From the sequence record NC_100372.1: a stretch of DNA of 64,000 nucleotides. One strand, 5' to 3'. The notes under the pieces were generated by a model that saw only the letters and a program-made list of their open reading frames with translations, searched no databases and was not told the origin of the DNA. Source of the DNA: a phage. A program made the position numbers and the translations under genes. Shown one piece after another: positions 54,094 through 63,990 of the stretch. Numbering within the stretch: the first letter of the stretch is position 1; every line of letters starts with the position of its first letter.

Positions 54094-56871
54094 TTAGTGA
54101 CAATCGCCCCAGTTACGACCGCACAAGTATTCACCTGTGATCTGGAACGGAACGCCCATCATTTTAGAAGCCTGCCAGAAGCAATGCACCACCATTTCGC
54201 CCACAGGGCTCCAGATAAGTTCAAGCTTTCCGTCATCGTTCAAGATAGGATCGTATACCGTATTTCCGTCCTTGTCAACCACTTCGTTTCCGTCCTCATT
54301 TTTGCGTGCCTTTTTGTACTTATGACCGTCGAACACATGAAGTTTAGCCTCTTGTTGGGCTTTAAATGTTTCCAGCTCTTCAATTGTGTCGAAGGTGTAT
54401 ACAGTTTTATACTTAGGGGTGTCAGGCACTTGAAGCTGATATTCGTCATGGTAATAAATAATACGACGAACACCTTCATCATACCATCCACGCTTCACCA
54501 TTTGGTGGTGCATGAGGATTCCGACCAAGTCGCACAACGATGCACCGCCATTTTGCTGATATGCATTAAGCAAAGAGTGTTTAGAGCGGGTCCAAATGGC
54601 ATGCCCGTCAAAAGAGTAGATAAATTTCTTACCTGTTGCTTCCCAGAATTTCTCCAGATCCTCTTTGCGCCCCTTAAGACCTGGGTTGGCATCCCAGAGA
54701 GCATCAATTACTCTCTGCCCCAGTTCTGGAGAGATATCCAGCATATCTGCAACTTTATCTTTTTGTGCCCCATACATAACCCCATACGTGATAGGTTTAC
54801 CATCGTTACGAGACACCTCTCTACCTGCTACTTTTGTATATGCCTCAGCATTGTTTTGGTGCGCGTCCCCGTTACTTACAACATCATAATACAGACCGTT
54901 GTCAAACTCAAAGGCACCCCAGGCCCCGATGAGCTGCTCTAAGTTGGACCCGTCAATACCGATCTCAAAGTATCCAGGAGGAACACCCCACAGACTACGC
55001 ATCTCTTTACCCATAACCACTTTAGGAGATGGTTTAGGCATGTTTGCACAAATACTATGTTTCTGTCTGGAAGTGTTTGTTAATCCAGAACTTTTAGCAG
55101 GAAGCTTGTGGTCAATCTTCAAACGTGGATGATTAAGAAGACCAGTATCTACCTTATCTTCCTTGATTGGATCAAGGACCGATCTGCGGTTTCGCAATGA
55201 TAACCACAAAACGATATCTTTAGCCATCTCTCCGTTCAATTTTTCAAGATTCGGGCACAGGTGTCCAAACGTATCTTTCAGTTGCGGAGAAGTAATAAGC
55301 GCTCTGGCTTTTCTACGTATCTTCCCAAACACTTCCTTTTTAATCCTTTCTGAGTTAGGGAAGCTTCGGAACTTGTGCACGGTTGTCTGGAACTTAGCAT
55401 CGGTTTTGTTCCAGAAGTTGATAATCAGGTCACAATACTCTGACTCTAAAAGCTCGTCCATATATGCATATACTCGTGCATCAACATCTGCATCAGGTAG
55501 AGCTTTCTTCTTGCTGTCTTTAGTTACATCCTTAGTTCTCCACATTGTCGGAAGCCAACCAGCACTGATCAGGTATCGCTTAATGTCGTCCTGGTTGCTG
55601 ATTTTCATAGGTATCTTGCAGTCCGGCATTCGCTTCTGCTGTAGATCACTTATTGCCTGATCCATTAGCTCTTTAGGTAAAGGTTGTGGTGTGGAGGTGC
55701 CCTTAATATAGCCTCTCAAGAAATCAGCCATCTTATCGGGGTCTTTGCAGCCCATCTCTTCACACCATTTTATCCCCATCTTGCTGACATCTCCTGTGGA
55801 GGTAAATGCTCGCTTAGGCGGGGCTTTGAACTCTAAAGCGCTCATGTCCACAGGATAGCCAAGCTTATCTTTTAACCATTTCCAACCATTATTGGAGATT
55901 GTCCCATCTTGGTTAAACGGCTTTTCAGGGAACTTGGGCCGCTGAGACATTGACAACTCTTTTAAAGGAAGTTGAGGTTCAACACGATCAGCGATCTCTT
56001 TCATCCACGCATCGCAACGGTCCCGTAAAGCAATAGCCCCATCTATGTCGAAATACACCCCCTGTCGAGCCTGCAGCTCCATCAGAAAGTGCTGTAACAT
56101 GCCTCGGCGTAATGCGTTCTTCCAGGTGATTTTCTTGAAGCCTTTCGGCTTCTCTTTGGCAGGATCGTACATAAAGTTCTGCATGTCAGATTTGCCGTAG
56201 AATACACCTTTTGATTCCGCTACCAACTCCTTCCAGAGCAACTCCTGGATGATAACGTCCTCGAACACACGATCCACATACTTCCACAGAGGAAGCTCAC
56301 GCCAGTCATCGATTTGAACTTTCTGGTTACCAAGGGCATAGCCCCATGCCATAAGGCCATGAGGTCCAACAGGTTGCATTTTCTTGGTAACTGGATTAAA
56401 TACTGCGTCCGGACAACCTTTTGGCAAAGGGCGGTCAGGCCACAAGATTCGACTCATTGCTAACGTATCGAACAGATTAACCTGGTGGTCGTTGATAGTC
56501 CCCATGCATTTAGGATCACGGAACATATCAAAATGAATACCGGATAATCTCTCCATCAGCATAAAGTCGTAGCTGTAGCAGTTATGACAGTTCAAAGCTG
56601 TAGGTGACCAGTCTGAGTTGCCTGTAAGCCAGCCTTCCAACTCTGAAAAATCTGCTATGCGAGCCTCAAAATCTGTATAAAGGGTCTTCTTTGCCAGAAT
56701 GAAGTTCTTAGCTTTCTCCACATCCTCTTCAGAGTAGTGTGTGCGGTCATTTAGAGGAAGGAACAGCATAAAACGGTTCTTATTCAGCTCTTTAAACAAA
56801 CCGCAGTGATAATAAAGATCTGGGTCTTCCAGCAGGCCAGAGGCCTCAAAATCGAACGACCACATGCTCAT
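54094..56871 (-). CDS. Family A DNA polymerase with N-terminal 3-prime to 5-prime exonuclease domain
   Basis: Exo I FDFEASG; motif B KPITYGVMYGAQ; motif C YYHDEYQLQV. Confidence 0.85.
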   Translation of the reverse strand: MSMWSFDFEASGLLEDPDLYYHCGLFKELNKNRFMLFLPLNDRTHYSEEDVEKAKNFILAKKTLYTDFEARIADFSELEGWLTGNSDWSPTALNCHNCYSYDFMLMERLSGIHFDMFRDPKCMGTINDHQVNLFDTLAMSRILWPDRPLPKGCPDAVFNPVTKKMQPVGPHGLMAWGYALGNQKVQIDDWRELPLWKYVDRVFEDVIIQELLWKELVAESKGVFYGKSDMQNFMYDPAKEKPKGFKKITWKNALRRGMLQHFLMELQARQGVYFDIDGAIALRDRCDAWMKEIADRVEPQLPLKELSMSQRPKFPEKPFNQDGTISNNGWKWLKDKLGYPVDMSALEFKAPPKRAFTSTGDVSKMGIKWCEEMGCKDPDKMADFLRGYIKGTSTPQPLPKELMDQAISDLQQKRMPDCKIPMKISNQDDIKRYLISAGWLPTMWRTKDVTKDSKKKALPDADVDARVYAYMDELLESEYCDLIINFWNKTDAKFQTTVHKFRSFPNSERIKKEVFGKIRRKARALITSPQLKDTFGHLCPNLEKLNGEMAKDIVLWLSLRNRRSVLDPIKEDKVDTGLLNHPRLKIDHKLPAKSSGLTNTSRQKHSICANMPKPSPKVVMGKEMRSLWGVPPGYFEIGIDGSNLEQLIGAWGAFEFDNGLYYDVVSNGDAHQNNAEAYTKVAGREVSRNDGKPITYGVMYGAQKDKVADMLDISPELGQRVIDALWDANPGLKGRKEDLEKFWEATGKKFIYSFDGHAIWTRSKHSLLNAYQQNGGASLCDLVGILMHHQMVKRGWYDEGVRRIIYYHDEYQLQVPDTPKYKTVYTFDTIEELETFKAQQEAKLHVFDGHKYKKARKNEDGNEVVDKDGNTVYDPILNDDGKLELIWSPVGEMVVHCFWQASKMMGVPFQITGEYLCGRNWGDCH

Positions 56872-56929
56872 ATACAGTTCTCCTTAAAGGGGAGGCGGTT
56901 GTACTACCCCTCCCACTCTTGGTTAAACA

Positions 56930-59008
56930 TTAAAAAGGTGTTTCGTCGTCTTCAAAACCAGGAACGTGGTTAGAGGACGGATCATCATACTGAAGATCTT
57001 CCTGTGTGTCAACAGGGTTAACAGCAGGGGTTATAACCTTATCAGCCACAACCTTGCCCACAGGTGTTTCTACAACTGCATGCTCCTGATCCTCAAACAT
57101 AGCCTGAGGTCTCCAAACAACCTCCCCACCTTCCCCATCTGTAAACATCTGCATTTCTTTGTCCCAGTACCAGTTGCTGGCATCATGGAACTTGCCTGTG
57201 TGGGGATCCATAACTAGAGTGTCTGCAATACCTAAGGTTTTTGCTGGGCGGTTTTTAAGACCTACCAGTCGGACACGTCCACGGGAACGATCCACCATCT
57301 CCTCTGCCTCTACCCCGACAACCACCCAGCTAAGTTGCTCCAATCCGGCACTACCGCGAAGGTTCTCTTTTCGTACAGGGTACCAGAAAGGTAACGGATT
57401 TCCATCCTTATCCTTCGGAGGTACAATCTCTGTGCGCTTCAGGTGAGCAATCACCAAGATAAACACATTAAACTGCTTACAGAACGCGGCTAGTTGAGTC
57501 ATAGCCATGTCAAGTTCTTTGCGCTCATCCTTAACATTAAGCCCTGAAATCACCATAGACAAGTGATCCAGCACAATGTAACGGCAGTGATACAGGCACA
57601 CCATTTGTTTAAGCTTAGTGATCAGCTCATCTACAGGAATGGAGCCGAAATGCTTGAACACTTTGATTTTTCCGGCCTTGGCCCAAGATTGATGAATCTC
57701 AGCGTGCTCCTGATCGGTCAGGAACTGACTGGGGTCTTCAACAAACTCTTTAACATCAAACCCCAGCTGGTTAGCGTACAGAGAGTTGATTGCTTCCTCA
57801 GGATCCTCTTCAAGGTGAATCAGGCACAGGCGATCATCCTCTTCATAATCATCAGCTTTAGGGCATGTTGGATCCATCAAGTATCTTGCAATGCAATGTT
57901 CCAGCTTCTTGGCTACAGTTGTTTTACCACCGCCAGACGGGCCTGTCAGCATCATCAAGGTGCCTTTGTGGAGTCCTTTCAGCATCTTCTGCAGTTTAGG
58001 GAACTCTGCACTAATATCCACGCCATTGGAAGTCTTCTTACGAAGAGATTCAATGGAGAAGTCTTCTAAATCAGATACAGCATCAGGCACATATTTGACT
58101 GGGTGACGGAACATGTTGACAATATCTTCCAGCTTTTTAGCCTTCAGCATGTCACGAATATCTTTTACACCATCAGGGTCGTTTACCTCACCTGGGTATT
58201 CCACGTGGTAAACGTTGTCAGCCATCAAAAATGCTGCGATATTATGCGTAGCTTCAACACCTTTGATAACGTGTTTTTGCTTCTCTACCTCGTTAGCTGC
58301 ATCGTTGTCCATTGCAAGGACTACTGTTCCGTAGCTACGGATAAATTTCTCATTGTTCGCAAAAGTGTCTACGGCGTTTGCACACCCGCAGTTAATTCCG
58401 ACAAAAGGCAGGCATGGTTTTCCTGCCAGATCACCGCCGTTGATAACTGCATCAATCCCATCCTGGACTTCTTTAGCCCACTGCTTCACCTTCGCCGGGG
58501 CTTTAGCATTGGTGAGAATTCCTTTTACTTGTACCTGATATGCAGCCTGCCACGCTGCAATAACATCTCCTTCCCCCTCACAAACGTTAATCTGCTTGCG
58601 GTTGTTGGAGGATGCACACAGCTTTTGACCAAACATCTGGGAGTTGGCCTTTACTATGCCGACAACCGAGAAATGGCCCCTTTGCTCTTTAGGGATTGTC
58701 CAGTCACGCTTTTTAAAGCCAGATAGATTACCGTAGCGGTCATAATACGGAAAGTAGGTGGCAGTAACAGTTACGCCATCCTCTTGGGATAGCGATGATC
58801 GTACACCAAAATATTGTGCAGCCATCAGTCCAATATTTTGTTGTGGAACAGGGACAATTTTAGTGTTTTCTAAAACAGTCTCCACAGTTTCAACTTCTTT
58901 TTCATCACGATAGTCTCGTTTCACACTTCCCCCACTTTTATACTTAGTTGCTTTCGGGTTTGGCTCACCGAAACGGTTGTATGCAGATGCCATGAATTTA
59001 CTGCCCAT
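56930..59008 (-). CDS. DNA primase/helicase fusion (TOPRIM primase + DnaB-like helicase, T7 gp4-like)
   Basis: TOPRIM VCEGEGD and VLAMDNDAANE; Walker A TGPSGGGKTT; Walker B VLDHLS; start at ATG after AAGGAGAAG RBS. Confidence 0.8.
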   Translation of the reverse strand: MGSKFMASAYNRFGEPNPKATKYKSGGSVKRDYRDEKEVETVETVLENTKIVPVPQQNIGLMAAQYFGVRSSLSQEDGVTVTATYFPYYDRYGNLSGFKKRDWTIPKEQRGHFSVVGIVKANSQMFGQKLCASSNNRKQINVCEGEGDVIAAWQAAYQVQVKGILTNAKAPAKVKQWAKEVQDGIDAVINGGDLAGKPCLPFVGINCGCANAVDTFANNEKFIRSYGTVVLAMDNDAANEVEKQKHVIKGVEATHNIAAFLMADNVYHVEYPGEVNDPDGVKDIRDMLKAKKLEDIVNMFRHPVKYVPDAVSDLEDFSIESLRKKTSNGVDISAEFPKLQKMLKGLHKGTLMMLTGPSGGGKTTVAKKLEHCIARYLMDPTCPKADDYEEDDRLCLIHLEEDPEEAINSLYANQLGFDVKEFVEDPSQFLTDQEHAEIHQSWAKAGKIKVFKHFGSIPVDELITKLKQMVCLYHCRYIVLDHLSMVISGLNVKDERKELDMAMTQLAAFCKQFNVFILVIAHLKRTEIVPPKDKDGNPLPFWYPVRKENLRGSAGLEQLSWVVVGVEAEEMVDRSRGRVRLVGLKNRPAKTLGIADTLVMDPHTGKFHDASNWYWDKEMQMFTDGEGGEVVWRPQAMFEDQEHAVVETPVGKVVADKVITPAVNPVDTQEDLQYDDPSSNHVPGFEDDETPF

Positions 59009-59792
59009 CAATTCTTCTCCTTACTACAGGCTCGTTTGCTAAGAATACAGCTCTTGCCCAGCCACGTGGTGTAAGGCTTCGAATCATCTTCGTCCTTGCA
59101 CTCTTTCCACCTAGCTTAGCGTGTTGCATGGAATAACCACTAACCACATCAACTATTTGCGGGACAGGTTTTGTGGCGGGGATTATAAATCCATTTCCTA
59201 TCCAACCGCAAGTTATTTTTGGGTAGGCATCACGTGGAGCTATAAATTCAGGAAACCATGGGTTTACATCATCCTCTGGTAAATACCCACCATAATCCGA
59301 AGGATGAAAACGGTAATCAGGTTTTCGCCACAGTGTTGACATAACTCCTACAGGGTTCTCTACATGCCACGGGCAATCGTAAATCTCTCCCAACTCTTCT
59401 GCAACCCGAGCATCTTTCACAGCATTAATTTGGATCAGAGGATCCTTAGCCAGCTTTTTCTTAAAGTGTGCAGCTCCGGATACTGCTAAATGCGTGCACG
59501 GAGGAAATGCAAGAATAAAGTCTGGAGCTGGATACATGCAAAAAGTTTCTTGAGGGAACCATGGATCAATCCAATAATCCACATAGTGAATGTTAGGATG
59601 ATCTGTTATCACCTCTGCATAACTACCGTGGTCAGCACCTTCTGCATTAAAGCACAGGCACAGGTACCCAGCTTTTGCCCAGTCAATAACTGCACCACCA
59701 GACCCGTCAAATAGACTCCACACAACACCTTTGTGGTAGTGTTCTTTGTAGATAAATTTCAATTTGCTGTCTCCTAATGCAAAAAGCCCCAC
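58998..59792 (-). CDS. DNA cytosine-5 methyltransferase-like protein (tentative)
   Basis: SLFDGSGG (motif I-like), AFPPCTHLAVSG (PC motif-like), HVENPVG (ENV-like); only 264 aa, so assignment is tentative. Confidence 0.4.
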   Translation of the reverse strand: MGLFALGDSKLKFIYKEHYHKGVVWSLFDGSGGAVIDWAKAGYLCLCFNAEGADHGSYAEVITDHPNIHYVDYWIDPWFPQETFCMYPAPDFILAFPPCTHLAVSGAAHFKKKLAKDPLIQINAVKDARVAEELGEIYDCPWHVENPVGVMSTLWRKPDYRFHPSDYGGYLPEDDVNPWFPEFIAPRDAYPKITCGWIGNGFIIPATKPVPQIVDVVSGYSMQHAKLGGKSARTKMIRSLTPRGWARAVFLANEPVVRRRIDGQ

Positions 59793-59808
59793 CCTTTCGG
59801 GCAGGGCC
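59781..59808 (-). terminator. Intrinsic terminator with GAAA tetraloop, near-identical to the one at 49632
   Basis: GCCCUGCCC-GAAA-GGGUGGGGC + UUUUU on the minus strand; coordinates may be off by 1. Confidence 0.6.
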
Positions 59809-59813
59809 TAGTG

Positions 59814-60296
59814 TTAAACCCGGATACCTATTGTATACTCGGTGGATACCAATGTCAAATCTAAATTTAAAATTTCTTGCATCTCATAGTATGCATCCAG
59901 AGTGAGATACATTTCCCCATCCTCTTCTACATACTTGTCGAGATGTTTGAGGCACTTTGGATAACTATCAAGGGCAGCTTTTAAGCACTCAAACTCCGTG
60001 CTGTTGATGAATCCTTCCATCTTAGCTACCCGTTCTGGAGTAACAATAGCACTGTAGTGAGATTTAGCTTCCTGAATGCAATGGGTCCAAGCATCAACTT
60101 TCTCTTCAAAAAGCCCGAAGAATTTCTTTTTGGTGAGTTTCAGATTTTTTAAGTGCTTAAGCACTCGGTTGCCGATTACAGCCACATCACGAAACTTAAA
60201 GATAACTTTGTCGATATCCTCGCGGCCTATTTTCACAAAGCAGGCCTTGCACATCTCGGGAGCAGCGTAGCCTACCTTCCACATAAAATCTGACAT
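59814..60296 (-). CDS. Hypothetical protein
   Basis: ORF; start verified as ATG. Confidence 0.5.
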   Translation of the reverse strand: MSDFMWKVGYAAPEMCKACFVKIGREDIDKVIFKFRDVAVIGNRVLKHLKNLKLTKKKFFGLFEEKVDAWTHCIQEAKSHYSAIVTPERVAKMEGFINSTEFECLKAALDSYPKCLKHLDKYVEEDGEMYLTLDAYYEMQEILNLDLTLVSTEYTIGIRV

Positions 60297-60308
60297 AACA
60301 CTCTCTCC

Positions 60309-60704
60309 TTATTCCTGAAAAGCAACAATATCATATGCACTTGCAGATGATCCTGGTGAAGAGTGACTCCAGTCTAGGTCATCAGAGTAGTCAGCATACT
60401 GTGCACCGCTACGTAGTTTGTATTTTACCCACTTACCTGGTGCAGGGTTTTCACCACCTTCCCATGCTTCCCAGCCTTCTGGTAGGCCATCCTGAGAGTA
60501 GTCGTCCACCTCACTAATAATCTTAGGGTTTGGCACCAAGATTCCGGCTGGTTCTTCCTTCTTAGCAAGTGTCCACACAATGTATGTGTCTGAACAGGAG
60601 CATGTCAGTAAAGTATACCCACTGTTCAGAACTTCTGAAAGCTCTTTTTCAGCATCTTCTAATTTGGTTAGGTGGTATTGGATAATCTTCACATCTGTAA
60701 TCAT
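60309..60704 (-). CDS. Hypothetical protein
   Basis: ORF. Confidence 0.5.
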   Translation of the reverse strand: MITDVKIIQYHLTKLEDAEKELSEVLNSGYTLLTCSCSDTYIVWTLAKKEEPAGILVPNPKIISEVDDYSQDGLPEGWEAWEGGENPAPGKWVKYKLRSGAQYADYSDDLDWSHSSPGSSASAYDIVAFQE

Positions 60705-61006
60705 TAGAAACCTCCTGTCTCTTCAGCAAATGCAGCCGCTGTCGTCGCTGCATCCAGATAGGACTCTAGTTCACGTGCTGCACGTTTGTAAATCGAGTGG
60801 CGCAGATCATTTGGTAACTGGTGAAAATCAACCTCTTCTCCGTTGTGGTAAACATGCACATCAGTAATCTGTCTAAATCCATAATAATCAACATCAGAAT
60901 CACGGCACTCCGGATCTGGCAACTGGACAACTGCCTGAGCTTCTACAGTGAGCATATCGTCAAGTTCGAAATCGATTTCAAAAGTGTATGGTTTATAACG
61001 CTTCAT
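60704..61006 (-). CDS. Hypothetical acidic protein
   Basis: Coupled ORF. Confidence 0.5.
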   Translation of the reverse strand: MKRYKPYTFEIDFELDDMLTVEAQAVVQLPDPECRDSDVDYYGFRQITDVHVYHNGEEVDFHQLPNDLRHSIYKRAARELESYLDAATTAAAFAEETGGF

Positions 61007-61031
61007 CGTTTGGTGCTCTCCTCAGTTTTGT

Positions 61032-61062
61032 GGGGAGGAGTTCCTCCCCCTTTTTTTTTTTT
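61032..61062 (+). terminator. Plus-strand intrinsic terminator (GGGGAGG-AGTT-CCTCCCC + T12) inside the minus-strand block
   Basis: 7-bp stem followed by 12 T on the plus strand; the minus strand has the A-run before the hairpin. Confidence 0.55.
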
Positions 61063-61076
61063 ATACTCACATCTTA

Positions 61077-61418
61077 CTACTCAAGGTCTTCAGAGTCAAG
61101 CTCAAAAAGAATCAAACTGTGCATGCCTGCAGAGAGATCAACACACCCTGCAACAATAAGGGTTTGATAGTAAGGTTCAGCACCCTCAATATCTTCGTTA
61201 AAATCCACAACAAGGTAGTCACCTTTGTTAAAGGTGTATTTGTCCGATGTAAACGCAAAACCTGCCCAGTCCCCTACTGCAGGATCTTTATCAGTCACCT
61301 TTGTTAGCAGTAGATCTTTTTCACGGGATCTTTTAGTAAAATCGTGAATCACAACATCCTTCTCTTCAGGAGTCGGATTGCCACACACGTAGTTAACGAT
61401 ATTTCTCCACAAACTCAT
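61077..61418 (-). CDS. Hypothetical protein
   Basis: ORF. Confidence 0.5.
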   Translation of the reverse strand: MSLWRNIVNYVCGNPTPEEKDVVIHDFTKRSREKDLLLTKVTDKDPAVGDWAGFAFTSDKYTFNKGDYLVVDFNEDIEGAEPYYQTLIVAGCVDLSAGMHSLILFELDSEDLE

Positions 61419-62785
61419 ACGTCCCCCTTTTCTGCTCTAGTTTCAAAATCTTTCCTGACTTTCTCGTCTAAGCCAGGGAAAGTTGTATTATAAAACTCTA
61501 CGACTCTCGGGTCAACAATAATATCCACCTCTCTTAATGGACGCAACAAGTTTATTCCTTGTATCGTCTTAACCCGACTCAAGGCAACATACGTCATTCC
61601 GGGAGAGAAAGCTCCGTTCTTTCCGAGGTCTAGGTTGTAACAATCTAACGTAAGTCCTTGACTTTTGTGCGATGTTACTGCGTACCCAGATTTCAAAGGA
61701 AGTTGCTCATAAGACCCGATCACAACCCTCTCTATGAACTTCTCCATCTTCCTTTCGGCAATATTGTACCTCTGGGAAGGTTTGTACTCGTTATTCTCCC
61801 ACAATCTCGGCTCAATTTCAACCTGTGTCCCGTCTTCCAGCTCAACCACCACAGACTTGGTCTTGAATTTTACCACTGTGGCGCGTGTCCCGTTGACATA
61901 GTACGGAACTTTGTGTGTCGGGTCAACATCGTTTGAGGTTATCATAACCTTCATCCCTATCTTCAGCCTCATTTCCTGCTCCACAGGCAGTGTGGAGGGG
62001 AACTTACCTTTCATTTTACCAATGTAGGTCTTCTCTGGGGCCTTGATGGCATCATAGAAACGTCTGTTCACCTCCTCTGCTTGCTTATTGGTGGCACAGA
62101 TGGTCAAGGCATCTGTTGGGACACCACCATGATAGCAACGAGTGTTAAGCTCTGCTACAACCTCTTTTATGCGACGACCTTCACGAACACAGTTCAACAT
62201 TGTGGCGAAGCGAACAGATTCCTGACGGAACTGGTCTACTAATGCTATATTGTGAAGATTAAGATCCTCCCAAGATTTTGTATAGCAACACAGGTCTGTG
62301 TGGTAGAAGTTGAAGTAGGCTTCTTTCTCCATAGAAGAGACAACTGGGGGTGCTTGGTAGAAATCTCCAAACAATAACACCTGAATGCCTCCGAAAGGTT
62401 TGTCATTTTTCCGAAGAAAGCGGAGTTTTCTATCCATCTCTATGAACTTGTCAGCACGGATCATAGAGATTTCATCGATAATTAGGATGGTAAATGCCTT
62501 GCTTTTCAGAGGCTTTGCTGTTTTTGCCCTTATTGCTGTCCAGTCTGACTCCATGCTCACACCTGCGGCAAGATCGAAAGTTCGGTGCGCTGTTGCTCCA
62601 TTAACGTTTAAAGCGGCTACCCCTGTCGGGGCAACCGTTATGCAAGAGTCTCCATACATGGACTGGATCATGTTGATAAGATATGTCTTCCCGGTTCCAC
62701 CAGGTCCACTTACGAAGACATTCTCACCGCTCATGATTGCAACAAGGGCAGCATCTGTGCCTACATCGTACTGCCCTTTTTCCAT
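61415..62785 (-). CDS. SF1 DNA helicase, Dda/Pif1/RecD-like
   Basis: Walker A VSGPGGTGKTY, motif Ia VAPTGVAA, Walker B IIDEISMI. Confidence 0.75.
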   Translation of the reverse strand: MEKGQYDVGTDAALVAIMSGENVFVSGPGGTGKTYLINMIQSMYGDSCITVAPTGVAALNVNGATAHRTFDLAAGVSMESDWTAIRAKTAKPLKSKAFTILIIDEISMIRADKFIEMDRKLRFLRKNDKPFGGIQVLLFGDFYQAPPVVSSMEKEAYFNFYHTDLCCYTKSWEDLNLHNIALVDQFRQESVRFATMLNCVREGRRIKEVVAELNTRCYHGGVPTDALTICATNKQAEEVNRRFYDAIKAPEKTYIGKMKGKFPSTLPVEQEMRLKIGMKVMITSNDVDPTHKVPYYVNGTRATVVKFKTKSVVVELEDGTQVEIEPRLWENNEYKPSQRYNIAERKMEKFIERVVIGSYEQLPLKSGYAVTSHKSQGLTLDCYNLDLGKNGAFSPGMTYVALSRVKTIQGINLLRPLREVDIIVDPRVVEFYNTTFPGLDEKVRKDFETRAEKGDV

Positions 62786-63990
62786 TACGCCTCCTCGTAG
62801 ATAATGTCGATAGTATTACCGTCGCGGTCAACCACGTACTCAATTGGGTCGCCATCTTTGCGCGATTCTGGAGCTACTACGATTTCGTAGCGGCATGCAC
62901 GGCACTTGGCGCTGTTGTGTTGGTAAGGTACACTAACTACATCGGCAGGGTCAACCATAACCGTCATCACAGTTCCGTAGCTCTTTGCATACTCTTTGCT
63001 GGCACAGTGCAGGCCATAAGAGCATGCAGCTTCCGGATCATCCTCTACAAAGTTACGAGGCATGGATACAAAAGCCCCCTGGTATTGTGGGACTTTACCA
63101 CTGTGCCAATCCACCCACTTGTCGCCGTTAAACTGAACCCCTTTGTAGCAAATGATTCGACCATCTTCTGCAATCTGAATGTCGTTTGCCTGCATAAAAT
63201 CGTAGAGCATGTTTACAGATTTTGCAGAAGGATTGCGTAGCAGGCGAACGAGGAATTTCACATAGCGGTCATCCAGTGTTCCGTCTGCATAATCTTTCTC
63301 AATTTTCTTTGCAATGGTGGATCGCATCTCTACACCGTAGTAGTAGAGCTTACCGTCTTTCATGATCAGGTTGTCTGCAAGTGTGGTGAACTCATTCTTG
63401 CGTTCCAGCCAGACAAGGATTTCACCAATTGCCTCGTCATATTCCTGAACAGAGATATGGTCGAAAACTTTCTGGTAAACTTCCTCACTTTCACTGCGGC
63501 GAATTTCAAAAATACCTTCGTTGCAGGTGATCTGGAGGAGTTCCCCGCAAATAACCACCAAAGGCTCGATGCTTCGGGTCTGTTGCTGAGACACACTGCT
63601 CACCACCTCCAGCACCGGGTCTTTTACTTCTACTAAAGGTTCTTCTGACTTGATTGCTACCCCAGTGAACCCTACACCGTGAACAACACACAGTGGATAT
63701 ACCACACCCCAACGTTTAACGGAACCTTCTCCTAAATCTAAGATCATGGCGTACTTACCGTTATCTTCCAGCCCATATCGAAATAAACGGGCCTCTTCAC
63801 GGGTTTCAAAATCCTCACGGGTGTAGCAGACGCTGTCACGGTCAGGATCGAACAACTCTGGGGCACCTACTGCCAGTGTCCAGGTTGTGTTACCTTTCTC
63901 AATAGCGCATGTGAAACCCTTCTTCTCAAGCTCTGCACGGCGGTCACGTGCTTCTTTACGAGTTTTGAAATGTTCGTAGATGAAAATCAT
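62785..63990 (-). CDS. Hypothetical protein with duplicated N-terminal segment
   Basis: 401 aa; two similar N-terminal segments (FKTRKEARDRRAELEKKGF / FETREEARLFRYGLEDNGKY); no family recognised. Confidence 0.55.
   Translation of the reverse strand: MIFIYEHFKTRKEARDRRAELEKKGFTCAIEKGNTTWTLAVGAPELFDPDRDSVCYTREDFETREEARLFRYGLEDNGKYAMILDLGEGSVKRWGVVYPLCVVHGVGFTGVAIKSEEPLVEVKDPVLEVVSSVSQQQTRSIEPLVVICGELLQITCNEGIFEIRRSESEEVYQKVFDHISVQEYDEAIGEILVWLERKNEFTTLADNLIMKDGKLYYYGVEMRSTIAKKIEKDYADGTLDDRYVKFLVRLLRNPSAKSVNMLYDFMQANDIQIAEDGRIICYKGVQFNGDKWVDWHSGKVPQYQGAFVSMPRNFVEDDPEAACSYGLHCASKEYAKSYGTVMTVMVDPADVVSVPYQHNSAKCRACRYEIVVAPESRKDGDPIEYVVDRDGNTIDIIYEEA

Noticed and set aside
54097-55660. Plus-strand ORFs 54097..54942 and 55163..55660 inside the DNA polymerase gene
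   Set aside because: Antisense shadow ORFs within a polymerase that has clear family A motifs.
57563-58726. Plus-strand ORFs inside the primase-helicase gene
   Set aside because: Antisense to a gene with clear TOPRIM and Walker motifs.
59790-59822. Off-by-one inconsistency between my hand-read sequence and the ORF track around the stop of 59814..60296
   Set aside because: Most likely my transcription error on one line; ORF-track coordinates were kept for the CDSs, and nearby motif coordinates are flagged as approximate.
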